Below are positions 1-9,960 of a stretch of 64,000 bases of DNA, in pieces. This DNA comes from an uncultured Desulfosarcina sp. Lineage in GTDB: Bacteria; Desulfobacterota; Desulfobacteria; Desulfobacterales; Desulfosarcinaceae. Position numbers and translations under genes: made by a program. Each line of letters begins with the position of its first letter. Position 1 is the first letter of the stretch. The DNA is taken from positions 1,504,001-1,568,000 of the forward strand of contig CAXXWQ010000003.1 in the NCBI GenBank assembly GCA_963674945.2, given 5' to 3'. The notes beneath the pieces were generated by a model. It saw nothing but the letters and a program-made list of their open reading frames with translations. It ran no database searches and was not told where the DNA came from.

Positions 1-112
1 GAAGGTAGTGGTCGGCATCCCACTGATCCGCATTCGGGGCGATCTTCTTTGTGGCAAATTCCCTGACCGCCGTTTGCAGCATTTGAAGTTCAGTTGACAG
101 CGTAAAATCCAT
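1..112 (-). CDS. Acyl-CoA dehydrogenase, N-terminal fragment (runs off the window); resembles the non-decarboxylating glutaryl-CoA dehydrogenase of sulfate reducers
   Basis: Manual translation from ATG at 112 gives MDFTLSTELQMLQTAVREFATKKIAPNADQWDADHYL, a typical ACAD N-terminus; AGGAG RBS at 123-127 on the minus strand; not in the ORF track. Confidence 0.75.
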   Translation of the reverse strand, partial: MDFTLSTELQMLQTAVREFATKKIAPNADQWDADHYL

Positions 113-278
113 ATCGATTGATCTCCTGTATTTGACGACTTCGTGAAAGCTTTTCCAGGCCACGCATGGCTGCACAATGGCATGAAAGAAACTCGTTTTT
201 ATTTATTTTGCCCATCGGCCAAAAATTCGGGAAAATCTTTTTGTAAAAATAGTTTATGAGAGGAAGGGACAGATTTCG

Positions 279-1526
279 TCATCGTGGCTTTCTCTCCAGG
301 ACAGCCGCGATGCCCAGGCCGCCACCACCGCAGATGCACTCCAACGCGTATCGGGTGTTGCGTCTTTTCATCTCATGCAGCAGGCTCACCAGAACCCTTG
401 TGCCGGTGCAGGCAATGGGATGCCCGAGGGAAATTCCGGACCCGTTCACATTTACCTTGTGGTAATCATCGGGCCCCACACCCATCTGTTTCAGATCGGC
501 CAGGACCTGGGCGGCGAATGCTTCCTGAATCTCGATGAGTTCGATCTGATCCTTGGAAACATCCGCCTGCGCAAGGGCTTTTTCAACGGCCGTAGGGACG
601 GTCTGGTACGCCCGGCGCGGATCGTCTCCCACCAGTGCGCAGCCTAAAAGTGTGGCCAATGGTTCGAGACCCAGTTCCAATGCCTTATCGGCAGACATGA
701 CAATCACCGCAGCGGCACCGTCGTTTTCCGAAGATGAATTGCCGGCCGTACAGACGCCGCCCAAAACAGGCCTCAGTGTCGATAACTTCGTAAGGGTCGT
801 GTCCGGCCTTGGATTCTCATCCTTGTCGAAGATGATGTCCCCTTTTTTGGGATGGCGGATGATAACAGGAACCATCTCTTCGTCGAACTTTCCCTGTGAA
901 ATTGCCTCACAGGCCTTCTGCTGACTGCCCATTGCCCATTCATCACAGGCATTTCGGGAGATATCCGCTTCCTTGGCAGCAGTTTCCGCCCAGGCCATCA
1001 TGGATGGAAGAATTCCGTAGCGCGCTTCGGGCTGTGACATGACCCGCGCCCGCTGAATCCGATCGTAAAAGGGGATACCCCACATGGAAAGGTCGCCATG
1101 CCCCCGCGGCATCCCTTTTTCTCCACCGATACCCCATTTGATTTTTCCGGGCACATAGAATTCGGAATTGCTCATACTTTCCACACCACCGGCCACGACG
1201 ATTTCCATTTGACCGGAAGCGATGAGGGCTGCGGCGAGGCGAACCACGTCCAGTCCGGTGCAGCACCGGCTGTCGATGGTCGTTCCTGCAACGGATTCTG
1301 GCCAGCCGGCGGTGAGAAGGCCCATTCGTGCGATATTCACATATTCGCCATTCTGGTAGGATTGCCCCATGATCACCTGGTCCACCTGCTTCGGTTCGAT
1401 CCCGATGCGGGCCACGGCCTCGTTCAGGACCAATGCCGCCAGGTCATAGGCCTCGACGCTTTTCAGGGCACCCATGTAACGCCCCACCGGCGTTCGCACA
1501 CCGCCGACGATGACGACCTCCCGCAT
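279..1526 (-). CDS. Thiolase (acetyl-CoA C-acyltransferase family)
   Basis: VRTPVG N-terminus, nucleophile Cys in DSRCCTG, AGGVESMS, GNSSSENDGAAA, EIQEAFAAQ, GHPIACTG and CICGGGG motifs. Confidence 0.93.
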   Translation of the reverse strand: MREVVIVGGVRTPVGRYMGALKSVEAYDLAALVLNEAVARIGIEPKQVDQVIMGQSYQNGEYVNIARMGLLTAGWPESVAGTTIDSRCCTGLDVVRLAAALIASGQMEIVVAGGVESMSNSEFYVPGKIKWGIGGEKGMPRGHGDLSMWGIPFYDRIQRARVMSQPEARYGILPSMMAWAETAAKEADISRNACDEWAMGSQQKACEAISQGKFDEEMVPVIIRHPKKGDIIFDKDENPRPDTTLTKLSTLRPVLGGVCTAGNSSSENDGAAAVIVMSADKALELGLEPLATLLGCALVGDDPRRAYQTVPTAVEKALAQADVSKDQIELIEIQEAFAAQVLADLKQMGVGPDDYHKVNVNGSGISLGHPIACTGTRVLVSLLHEMKRRNTRYALECICGGGGLGIAAVLERKPR

Positions 1527-1548
1527 GTTATTGTTCTCCCTTTTTTGA

Positions 1549-3351
1549 CTAGAAGGAATTGTCCGGTATTTCTACTACCTCATTTCCCGTCCGCAGGCAG
1601 GTTTCGATGGTAGCCAGGGTATGTGGCAAGGTGGTATCCACAAAATAGGTGGCCTGCATAATCTTACCGCGGTAGTAATCGTTTTTCCGGCCCTTTTTGG
1701 CAGCAAAGGGCACGGCAATACGGGCCAGGTCGAGAAGCCGCCAGACCATGGTTACGTCACCAAAAGCCAGAAGCGCCGGATAGGTGCTGGAAGCCCACAA
1801 AAGCGGATCCGATTGCTGGCGGGCCAAAAGCTCTTTCGACGCATCCCAAAGGCGCTCGACAACACCTTTCAATGCCCGCACCCGATCCCCGATCTGTTCA
1901 TCCATCCGGTTGTCGTCGCAGAATTGTTCGATCTCCCGCCGGAACGCACGAAAGCAAGCCCCGCCGTTGATCGCCAACTTACGCCCCATCAAGTCCATGG
2001 ATTGAATTCCATTGGTACCTTCGTACAAGGACATGATCTTTGCATCCCGCAAATACTGCTCTATTGGATAATCCTTGCAGTATCCATATCCGCCAAAGCA
2101 TTGCATGGCCGTTTCGCAAACGCGGAATCCCATGTCCGAGCAGTACGCCTTGATGATCGGCGTCATGAAATCCACCAGGCTGCCGTAGTACTCACGGTCC
2201 ACTTCATCGGAAGACTCTGTCGCCAGGTCGGACCAATAGGCACCGGTGTAAATCATCGACCGCATTCCGTCCACCATAGCCTTCATCCACAAAAGCATCC
2301 GGCGAACGTCCGGATGGTCGATGATCGGGACATCGCCCTTTTTGCGACCGACGAGATCTCTTCCCTGACGTCGATCTTTGGCATAGGACAGGGCGTTCTG
2401 ATAAGCCGTGGAGGCCATGGCCATTCCGCTGACACCGGTGTTGATGCGGGCGGAATTCATCATTTGAAACATGTGGGCAAGACCCTGGTTTTCCTCTCCG
2501 CAAAGATACCCGATGCAGGCATCCCTTCCTCCAAAGGTTAGCGCGGCCGTTGGAGAGGCGTGCAATCCCAATTTCTCCTCGATTCCAGTGCACACGACAT
2601 CGTTGGGTTCTCCCAGTGAGCCGTCGGGGTTAACGAGAACTTTGGGTACCACGAAAAGGGAGATCCCCCTGACACCGGCTGGAGCACCTTCGATTCTTGC
2701 CAGAACGAGATGGACGATATTATCGGTGGCATCATGCTCACCCCAGGAGATAAAAATCTTGTTTCCTTTGATTTTGTAATGGTTGCCGCTTCGAAATGCC
2801 ATGGTCTCCAACGGGGCTAAATTGGAGCCTGCGTTGGGTTCGGTGAGACACATGGTGCCGGACCAGGAACCGTCATACATTTTGGGAACATATAGATCCT
2901 TGAGTTCGTCCGTCCCAAAGGATTCGATCAGATGTGCGGCCCCGGAGGTGAGGCTGGGCCCCATGTTAAAGGACTGACAGGCACCATACATGAGATCGTT
3001 GACCACGATTCGCATCATGTGTGGAAACCCCTGCCCGCCATATTCCGTGTCGCGGGAGGCGGCCGTCCAGCCGTCCTGACCGTATTTTTTGAATGCCTCA
3101 CGAAATCCGGGCGGACACACCAGTTTCCCGTCCTCCAAACGAATGCCGTATTTCTCACCCACCTCGTTCAGTGGGTCAACGACCCCTTTGGCAAAATTGA
3201 TCGCCTCGTTCACCATGAGATCCAGGGCTTTCTCATTCAGATCATGGTACCGGGGAAGTGAACACAGACTCTTATATTCGAGCTGTTCTTTGAGGATGAA
3301 AAAAAGGTCTCTCTGATTGACTTTAAAGTGGCCCATAACCGGCGCTCCCAT
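1549..3351 (-). CDS. Acyl-CoA dehydrogenase, ~600-aa type (start may be 3336)
   Basis: GTMCLTEPNAGS, GNKIFIS, EEKLGLHASPT, YAKDRRQGR, FGGYGY and YEGTNGIQ motifs. Confidence 0.93.
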   Translation of the reverse strand: MGAPVMGHFKVNQRDLFFILKEQLEYKSLCSLPRYHDLNEKALDLMVNEAINFAKGVVDPLNEVGEKYGIRLEDGKLVCPPGFREAFKKYGQDGWTAASRDTEYGGQGFPHMMRIVVNDLMYGACQSFNMGPSLTSGAAHLIESFGTDELKDLYVPKMYDGSWSGTMCLTEPNAGSNLAPLETMAFRSGNHYKIKGNKIFISWGEHDATDNIVHLVLARIEGAPAGVRGISLFVVPKVLVNPDGSLGEPNDVVCTGIEEKLGLHASPTAALTFGGRDACIGYLCGEENQGLAHMFQMMNSARINTGVSGMAMASTAYQNALSYAKDRRQGRDLVGRKKGDVPIIDHPDVRRMLLWMKAMVDGMRSMIYTGAYWSDLATESSDEVDREYYGSLVDFMTPIIKAYCSDMGFRVCETAMQCFGGYGYCKDYPIEQYLRDAKIMSLYEGTNGIQSMDLMGRKLAINGGACFRAFRREIEQFCDDNRMDEQIGDRVRALKGVVERLWDASKELLARQQSDPLLWASSTYPALLAFGDVTMVWRLLDLARIAVPFAAKKGRKNDYYRGKIMQATYFVDTTLPHTLATIETCLRTGNEVVEIPDNSF

Positions 3352-3363
3352 CGATGTACAAAT

Positions 3364-4233
3364 TTACTTTCGGTTGCCATTTTCGTCGTAGGTATACCAG
3401 CCTCTGCCGATCTTTTTCCCCAGATGGCCGGCCTTTACTTTTCGTCGCAATAAAAGTGGCGGATAAAACCGGGAATCACCGGTCTCCTGATACATGGACA
3501 TCATAGCGCCGTAGGTAACATCGAGACCGACCATATCGCCGGTTTCAAATATTCCCATTTTCCGACCCGAAGCCAGACGGAGTCCCATATCGATGTCATC
3601 GATAGTGGCCACACCGGATTCGACCAGATTCATCGCCTCGATGGTGGAGGGAAAATTAATGCGGTTGATGACAAATCCGGCAACATCCCGATTCACCATG
3701 ATGGGTGATTTACCGATCTTCTTCACGAACCGCCTGCCGGCTTCTGCCGTTTCGTCGGTTGTGGCAATGCCTTTGATCACTTCCACGGCGGCCATCATCG
3801 GAACGGGACTGAAAAAATGAATGCCCAGCACCTGCTCCGGGCGTTTCGTAACGGCAGCCAGTTCGGTTATGGGAATGGCGGAGGTATTGCTGGCGAGCAA
3901 CGCTTTTTGAGGGCACGTTTCGTCCAGCGTTTGAAATATGGTCTTCTTCAGATCCGTATTTTCGAATACCGCTTCGATGGCCAGGTCCACGTCGTCAACT
4001 CGATTGAAACCGGTTGTGAACGTGATCCTTTCCATTATCGTCTGCAGATCTTCTTCCAGCTTGCCCTTTTCGACAAACTTTCCCACCGACCATTCGATCC
4101 CCCGTTTTGCACGGGCCAGGGCATCCGCGGCGACATCGTTGAGAACCACCTCGATTCCTGACTGGGCGCATACCTGGCTGATACCGCTGCCCATCAGGCC
4201 GGATCCGACAATCAGTACCTTTCCGATATCCAT
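3364..4233 (-). CDS. hbd: 3-hydroxybutyryl/3-hydroxyacyl-CoA dehydrogenase
   Basis: GSGLMGSGI Rossmann motif, EAVFEN, ASNTSAIPI, HFFSPVP, GFVINRI. Confidence 0.9.
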   Translation of the reverse strand: MDIGKVLIVGSGLMGSGISQVCAQSGIEVVLNDVAADALARAKRGIEWSVGKFVEKGKLEEDLQTIMERITFTTGFNRVDDVDLAIEAVFENTDLKKTIFQTLDETCPQKALLASNTSAIPITELAAVTKRPEQVLGIHFFSPVPMMAAVEVIKGIATTDETAEAGRRFVKKIGKSPIMVNRDVAGFVINRINFPSTIEAMNLVESGVATIDDIDMGLRLASGRKMGIFETGDMVGLDVTYGAMMSMYQETGDSRFYPPLLLRRKVKAGHLGKKIGRGWYTYDENGNRK

Positions 4234-4310
4234 GAATCCTCCTCACCGTCATCTTCTTACATTGATAACCAAAGGCATACGTCACCTCAGGTGGTCGCAA
4301 GATCACCTAA

Positions 4311-4326
4311 GGCAATAACTTTGCCA
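4311..4326 (-). promoter_or_regulatory. Sigma-54 (-24/-12) promoter of the beta-oxidation operon
   Basis: Minus strand TGGCAAAGTTATTGCC = GG-N10-GC, about 80 bp upstream of the hbd start and next to a sigma-54 activator gene. Confidence 0.8.
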
Positions 4327-4424
4327 GTGTCCTTATAAAAGCGCGATCCGTTGTCACCTGCTGTGTTTCTAATGCGCAGAAGAAAAAATGGACGTCAGGA
4401 AAAATTTTCGAATACTGCCAGGCT

Positions 4425-4442
4425 TGTCGATAAGCCTATACA
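4425..4442. promoter_or_regulatory. Putative enhancer (UAS) for the sigma-54 activator
   Basis: TGTCGATAAGCCTATACA (TGT-N12-ACA), 14/18 identical to 6106-6123; a related site TGTATAGGAGGCTATTCA lies at 4515-4532. Confidence 0.6.
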
Positions 4443-4570
4443 AATTTAAAAACGCCAGCCGTTAACTGATTAGAACAATAATCATTTTTCGATGAATGAT
4501 GAAAATCTTCTACATGTATAGGAGGCTATTCACTTACGTGGCATTCTGAAGGGAGGACACGGGTCGAAAT

Positions 4571-5941
4571 TTACGAGATGCCGTATTTTTTCATTTTCTG
4601 ATACAGACCGGTCCGGTGAATTCCGAGTAGTTTGGCCGCTTCGACACGGTTGTTGTTCGTCTTGTTGAGGGATTGAAGGATAGCCTGCTTTTCCGTATTC
4701 TCCATCAGGTGTTTCAATGAATGGTCGGCTCCGATGGGTAGCGGGATATTCCGGAGGGGTCTGGTCTTTTCTATGGGAAGGTCTTCCCTCTCGATCCGGT
4801 CGCTTTTACACACGATCAGAGCACGTTCGGCGACGTTTCGCAGTTCCCTTACGTTACCCGGCCAATGATAGTTGACCATCATGTCGATGGCTTCATCTGA
4901 AACACTTTTCACGGTCTGCGATTTGCCGACACGAAGTTGTTCGAGGATATGCGCAAAAATGGCCGGAATATCTTCCCGTATTTCGCGCAGGGCCGGCAGA
5001 TGGATATGAAAGACATTCAACCGGTAGTACAGATCCAGACGGAAATCCTTATTTTCCAGCATCTTTTTTAGATCCCGATTGGTGGCACTGATTACTCTGA
5101 AATTGATCGGTTTGGGTGTCTCCGACCCCAGGCGCTCGACTTCCCGCTCCTGAAGAACCCGCATCAATTTGACCTGCAGGGTCAGGGGCATGTCGCCGAT
5201 TTCATCCAAAAAGATTGTTCCGTTGTGCGCCAGCTCGAATTTTCCGGCTTTGCCCTGTTTTCTTGCACCGGTAAATGACCCCGGCTCGTAGCCGAATAGT
5301 TCGGATTCGATAAGATCCGAGGGAATCGACGCACAGTTGACACGAACGAAATTTTGTCTATAGCGCCGGCTTGCGCGGTGAATGGCGTGGGCAAAAAGCT
5401 CCTTTCCCGTTCCGGACTCTCCGGTAATCAAAACGGATGCATCGGATTTTGCGGCCTGCCGTGCTGCGTCTTTGGCTGTTTTGATCCCTTCGGTTTCCCC
5501 GATGATGCTACTGAACGAATATCGCCCACAGTATACGTTTTTTAATGCATCTTCATAGTAGTCGATCTTCGTTTTGAGTGATTCAATATGATCATAAAGC
5601 TTCTTAAGTACTTCCGGGCTCTTGAACATCAACTTACCGGCCGCACCGATCACCTTTCCATCTTTCACGATGGGGATCCGGGAAATGACGCGGTTCCTTT
5701 TTTGTAAAATCATACTGCGACCGATTTCGGCCTTGCCGGTTTTCAATACCCGGGTCAACTTCGTTTGCGGACTGACCTCCTGGATGTGCTTTCCAATTAC
5801 TTCCTTGTTGGGAACCGGGTATACGCCATCGTTTGCCCTGCTCATAAATCGAACGATTCCATCGCCGTCTACTAAAATCAGGCTTTCGTAGGGATTGTCC
5901 AGTAAACCTTCAAGAAGATCGGGGGGTATGTCGTTTCGCAT
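4571..5941 (-). CDS. Sigma-54-dependent transcriptional activator (PAS-AAA+-Fis HTH)
   Basis: N-terminal PAS, Walker A GESGTGKE, GSFTGA (GAFTGA variant), FLDEIGD, WPGNVREL, C-terminal AAKLLGIHRTGLYQK HTH. Confidence 0.95.
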   Translation of the reverse strand: MRNDIPPDLLEGLLDNPYESLILVDGDGIVRFMSRANDGVYPVPNKEVIGKHIQEVSPQTKLTRVLKTGKAEIGRSMILQKRNRVISRIPIVKDGKVIGAAGKLMFKSPEVLKKLYDHIESLKTKIDYYEDALKNVYCGRYSFSSIIGETEGIKTAKDAARQAAKSDASVLITGESGTGKELFAHAIHRASRRYRQNFVRVNCASIPSDLIESELFGYEPGSFTGARKQGKAGKFELAHNGTIFLDEIGDMPLTLQVKLMRVLQEREVERLGSETPKPINFRVISATNRDLKKMLENKDFRLDLYYRLNVFHIHLPALREIREDIPAIFAHILEQLRVGKSQTVKSVSDEAIDMMVNYHWPGNVRELRNVAERALIVCKSDRIEREDLPIEKTRPLRNIPLPIGADHSLKHLMENTEKQAILQSLNKTNNNRVEAAKLLGIHRTGLYQKMKKYGIS

Positions 5942-6105
5942 TGGATTGCCGCCTTGGTTTCGATTCCCTTCTATCTGCCATTACTTGTAATGATTTCATC
6001 CATTCGCAAATGATCATAGAGTATCATATACACGTATAACATCTTCTACACAATAAATGAATTGGGCTTAATCATAGTGGGTTAGCCGAAGACAGGGATT
6101 CGCTC

Positions 6106-6123
6106 TGTTTATAATTCTATACA
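6106..6123. promoter_or_regulatory. Putative enhancer (UAS) for the sigma-54 activator
   Basis: TGTTTATAATTCTATACA (TGT-N12-ACA), centred about 108 bp upstream of the -24 GG at 6222. Confidence 0.6.
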
Positions 6124-6220
6124 GACAACGTTTCCATCGACTCCCTTCTTGATCTGTCTACCAATTCATTTCCCAGAAAAATTACAAGTAGATAGGCCTT
6201 TTTATCAAACAAAACCGAAC

Positions 6221-6236
6221 TGGCAGCAGTTTTGCT
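6221..6236 (+). promoter_or_regulatory. Sigma-54 (-24/-12) promoter facing the DUF1302 operon
   Basis: TGGCAGCAGTTTTGCT = GG-N10-GC. Confidence 0.7.
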
Positions 6237-6787
6237 AATAAATTGTATTAAGTCAATAAATGATCTTAAACAAATAAAATCCATACAAAATTTTCAATTT
6301 TTCGCGAATCCGCCATTTATCTAATGGCCTGTATAGGTTGTATCTATTGTCCATAACAACTGCTTCATATCCGCCTGATCGCGGCCCGGCATGTTTGATC
6401 GCGTTCTTCTTATCAACATGTGTATCAATATGCATGCCAGGCAAGCGATATATGGCACCATTAAAAATGGCAAACACCCATTTTCCTCGGGATGTCAGAC
6501 TTTTCAAATATACGATTCTTTCCAAGAGAAGTAGAAAAAAAATAGCACTCTTTCAAATACTCTTCTTTATGAAAATGTATTTTGTTCTCTTCGTGAAGAT
6601 ACTTACAAAAAAATATCAGAAAACCCTTTCCAGTTCCGGGATGCATCTGGTTGGCACCTTGAATCGGACTGACAGAAATACTGATAATTCTTCAACGATA
6701 GCATCGTGTTCCAAAATCGAGAGAGAAAATAAGCAGCTACAAACCGGGAGGATTTGATTCTCAACATTTTGAAAGGGGGAGAAGCAG

Positions 6788-8341
6788 ATGAAGTACAAAC
6801 AGGCGCGAAAACAATTGTTTTTCGGTACCGTTCTGGTGGTTGCCATCCTATTCCTTACCGATTCTGCAATGGCATTGAATTGGGATTTCAACAACGGAAT
6901 GTCTCTGGATTGTGACATTACCATCGGCTACGCAGCCGGGGTGCGTACCGGCGACAGGGACGAAGAGCTTTTGGCTGCCAATGTGAATGGGGACGACGGA
7001 AGCCAAAACTTCGACCAATGGGACATGATCAACAACCGGTTCAGCATCATCGCCGACATGGACGTAAACTATAAGGATTCATACGGCGTATTTGTTCGAC
7101 CACGTGCCTATTATGATTTCGCTTATATGGGAACCAATTCAAACGAAAGCCCCACCACGAACAACAACTATGTCGCCGGCGTCATCGATAACACGGACGA
7201 TTGGCCGGAGGATGTCGAGGATGTACACGGAAACAAGGCGGAGATTTTAGACGCCTTTGCCTATGCCGGATTCGAAGTCGGCGGTGGACGTTACCTGGAT
7301 CTTCGTGCTGGAAGGCAGGTGATCCAATGGGGTGAAAGCCTGTACGTTCAGGGAGGGATCGCCTCGGCCATGGCATGGCTGGATACCATTACCGCCAATG
7401 CGCCGGGAACCGAAGTGAAAGAGTTTTTGAGTCCTACGGGAGCGGTATCGGCACAGATGGATCTTACCGGATCCATTGCCGTCGGCGCTTTTTATCAGTG
7501 GGAATGGGAAAAGCACCGATTAAATGAATCCGGTTCCTTTTTCAGCGACAAGGACTTTCTGGATGAAGCGGGCAATGCCTACCTGTACGAAGCTGCACCG
7601 GGCGTCATCATTCCGGTCATGGAACGAAGAAAGGATCTGGACAAGGAGCCCGATGACCAGGGGCAGTATGGCTTCAACGTGATGTACAGGGCCAGCTGGC
7701 TGGGGGAAACGGAATTCGGCCTCTACTTCATCAACTATCACGAAAAACTTCCCGTCTTCAACACGGATCCCGCCAACGGATTATATTTCATAACCTATGC
7801 CGAAGACGTCAAGCTGTACGGTTTCAGCTTTAGCTCTCAGATAGGAACGGCAAATATCAGCGGTGAGTTCAGCTATCGCCAGGATTTCCCCGTTGCCACG
7901 ACCGAAGGCATCGAGGAGGCCGATTACTGGCAGGCCCAGCTGTCCTGGCTCTACTCTATCACCTTTCCCGGAGTCGATCGATTGGCCTTCCAGGGCGAAG
8001 TCGGCTGCAACCAGGTCCAGGATTATTCCGATGAAGATCTCTCCGCGCAGGACAAACACAAATTCGCCTGGGGGTTTGTGGCGGTGCTGAGTCCGGAATG
8101 GTATCAGGTCCTTCCGGACCTGGATATCTCCGTTCCCCTTGTTTACAAAGGCAACCCGGAAGGCAACTCGGTCAATACACTCACATTCGATGAGAAGAAC
8201 GACAGCGGGTCCGTCGGTGTGCAGTTCACCTATAAAAATGCGATCAAGGCCAGCTTGAAATATGTCAATTACTTCAACAGCATGGACAATTCCTTTTCAG
8301 ACCGCGACTATGCCGCATTCGATATCAAATATTCCTTCTAA
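6788..8341 (+). CDS. DUF1302-family outer-membrane beta-barrel protein
   Basis: Signal peptide, NGDDGSQNF, LDAFAY, RAGRQVIQWGESL, PGTEVKE, C-terminal DRDYAAFDIKYSF (terminal Phe). Confidence 0.85.
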   Translation: MKYKQARKQLFFGTVLVVAILFLTDSAMALNWDFNNGMSLDCDITIGYAAGVRTGDRDEELLAANVNGDDGSQNFDQWDMINNRFSIIADMDVNYKDSYGVFVRPRAYYDFAYMGTNSNESPTTNNNYVAGVIDNTDDWPEDVEDVHGNKAEILDAFAYAGFEVGGGRYLDLRAGRQVIQWGESLYVQGGIASAMAWLDTITANAPGTEVKEFLSPTGAVSAQMDLTGSIAVGAFYQWEWEKHRLNESGSFFSDKDFLDEAGNAYLYEAAPGVIIPVMERRKDLDKEPDDQGQYGFNVMYRASWLGETEFGLYFINYHEKLPVFNTDPANGLYFITYAEDVKLYGFSFSSQIGTANISGEFSYRQDFPVATTEGIEEADYWQAQLSWLYSITFPGVDRLAFQGEVGCNQVQDYSDEDLSAQDKHKFAWGFVAVLSPEWYQVLPDLDISVPLVYKGNPEGNSVNTLTFDEKNDSGSVGVQFTYKNAIKASLKYVNYFNSMDNSFSDRDYAAFDIKYSF

Positions 8342-8435
8342 TTGAATGAGAAGATCGAAGCCGCGTGAATATACCCATGAATAGGCAATCAACGAATATA
8401 TAATCAAACGGAGTTCATAAGGGAGGGTCAACAAT

Positions 8436-9830
8436 ATGGTCGCGAAGCATACACGCTTTTTTCTTCTGGTCCTGGCAATTGGCATCCTGGCGCCGTCGCC
8501 GGCGACGTTTGCCAAGCAACCGGCCGAAAAGGCCGAACTGTTGAAAACAGATCTCACCCCTTTCGGTGCCGCGCGCGCCGGTAATGCGGAGGGGACCATC
8601 CCGGCCTGGGAAGGCGGCTTGACCGCGATTCCCGACAATGTAGACTATACACCCAAATCCGGTGATCTGAAGCCGGACCCCTTTGCCGATGATCAGATCA
8701 TGTTTACGATCACGGCGCAAAACGTGGATATGTACAAAGACAAACTGAACCCGGGGCAGATCGCTCTTCTCAAAAAATATCCGGATTCCTACAAAATCCA
8801 TGTGTATCCGTCCAGACGCACCGAGGCCGCGCCGCAGCGGGTTTACGACAACACATACAAAAACGCCATCAATGCCGAGCTGTCCGAAGACAAATGCAGC
8901 GCCCTGAACGCCTATGGCGGGATTCCGTTCCCACTTCCCACCGAAGGGGCCGAAGTCATGATCAATCACAATGCCAAATGGGAGGGGGGCGGCGACACGA
9001 GGGAAACGGCCGCCAACTACATCATCCAGGCCAATGGTTCCATCACCAACGGCGGAACGGCAGACTATTACTTTGACCGCCCGTATTATGAAAAAGGCGG
9101 AACGATGGAAACATGGGACGGATGGCTCGTCAACCTCCTGTTCGAGTATACCGAACCTGCCCGACGAAAAGGGGAAATCATTCTTGCAAAGACGCCGATC
9201 AATTATGACGCAATGTCCAAGGCCACCTGGCAGTATATGACCGGTCAACGGCGGGTACGGCGCGCGCCCAGCATCGATTATGACACACCGAACCCCTCCT
9301 CCGGTGGCATCTATACCTATGACGACGCCTATTCGTTTAACGGCAAGATCGATCGTTGGGACATGAAGCTATTGGGAAAGAAAGAGATGTTCATCCCTTA
9401 CAACGACTACCGGTTCGACTTTCCTCCGGTCGAAGAGGTGTTGCACAAGTTCCACCCCAACCCAGAATATGTACGCTGGGAGCTTCACCGGGTCTGGGTC
9501 GTGGAAGCAACCCTGAAAGAGGGCAAGCGCCACATCTATGGCAAACGGGTCTTTCATGTTGACGAAGATACCTGGTTCAACGTTGTGGAGGACAAATACG
9601 ACACACGCGGTAACTTGTGGCGGACGAGCTACTGTACCAATTATGCGAAATACGATGGCGGCGATGTCATCGGGCTGGGCCGCCGCGCAGGGATCTTTTT
9701 CGATTTCCAGGGGGACGCCTACGCCGCCGGATACATGGTCAACGGGTTGGGGAAAAACGTCCTGTCCGAAGAGCCGAACCCAAGCGAGTGGTTTGAACCG
9801 GCCTATGTACGTAAGCTAGGCAGACGATAA
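8436..9830 (+). CDS. DUF1329-family periplasmic protein
   Basis: Signal peptide, LTPFGAARAGNAEGTIPAWEGG, GIPFPLP, GQRRVRRAP, VRWELHRVWVVEATLK, DEDTW. Confidence 0.9.
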   Translation: MVAKHTRFFLLVLAIGILAPSPATFAKQPAEKAELLKTDLTPFGAARAGNAEGTIPAWEGGLTAIPDNVDYTPKSGDLKPDPFADDQIMFTITAQNVDMYKDKLNPGQIALLKKYPDSYKIHVYPSRRTEAAPQRVYDNTYKNAINAELSEDKCSALNAYGGIPFPLPTEGAEVMINHNAKWEGGGDTRETAANYIIQANGSITNGGTADYYFDRPYYEKGGTMETWDGWLVNLLFEYTEPARRKGEIILAKTPINYDAMSKATWQYMTGQRRVRRAPSIDYDTPNPSSGGIYTYDDAYSFNGKIDRWDMKLLGKKEMFIPYNDYRFDFPPVEEVLHKFHPNPEYVRWELHRVWVVEATLKEGKRHIYGKRVFHVDEDTWFNVVEDKYDTRGNLWRTSYCTNYAKYDGGDVIGLGRRAGIFFDFQGDAYAAGYMVNGLGKNVLSEEPNPSEWFEPAYVRKLGRR

Positions 9831-9960
9831 CCGTTTGATTGATCAGCAAAAAAAGAAATAGCATATTTTTTGGCGCTGTCTCTTTCGGATGCGGGGCCAC
9901 CCAAAAAGGTCACCCACATCTTCAAGGGAGGCAAGAGGAAATCAGCGGGTAAAGGAAACA

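Noticed and set aside
6651..6667. TTGGCACCTTGAATCGG as a sigma-54 promoter closer to the DUF1302 gene
   Set aside because: Good -24 element, but the -12 position reads CG rather than GC and lacks the TTGC context
6253..6757. ORFs 6253..6525(-), 6338..6757(+) and 6461..6646(-)
   Set aside because: AT-rich, mutually overlapping, non-ATG or weak starts, no recognisable motifs; treated as non-coding
8415..9248. Long antisense ORFs (e.g. 1621..2541, 8415..9248, 10126..10935, 16427..17383, 48423..49736, 53668..54543)
   Set aside because: Shadow frames of well-supported genes in GC-rich coding DNA; no domain motifs
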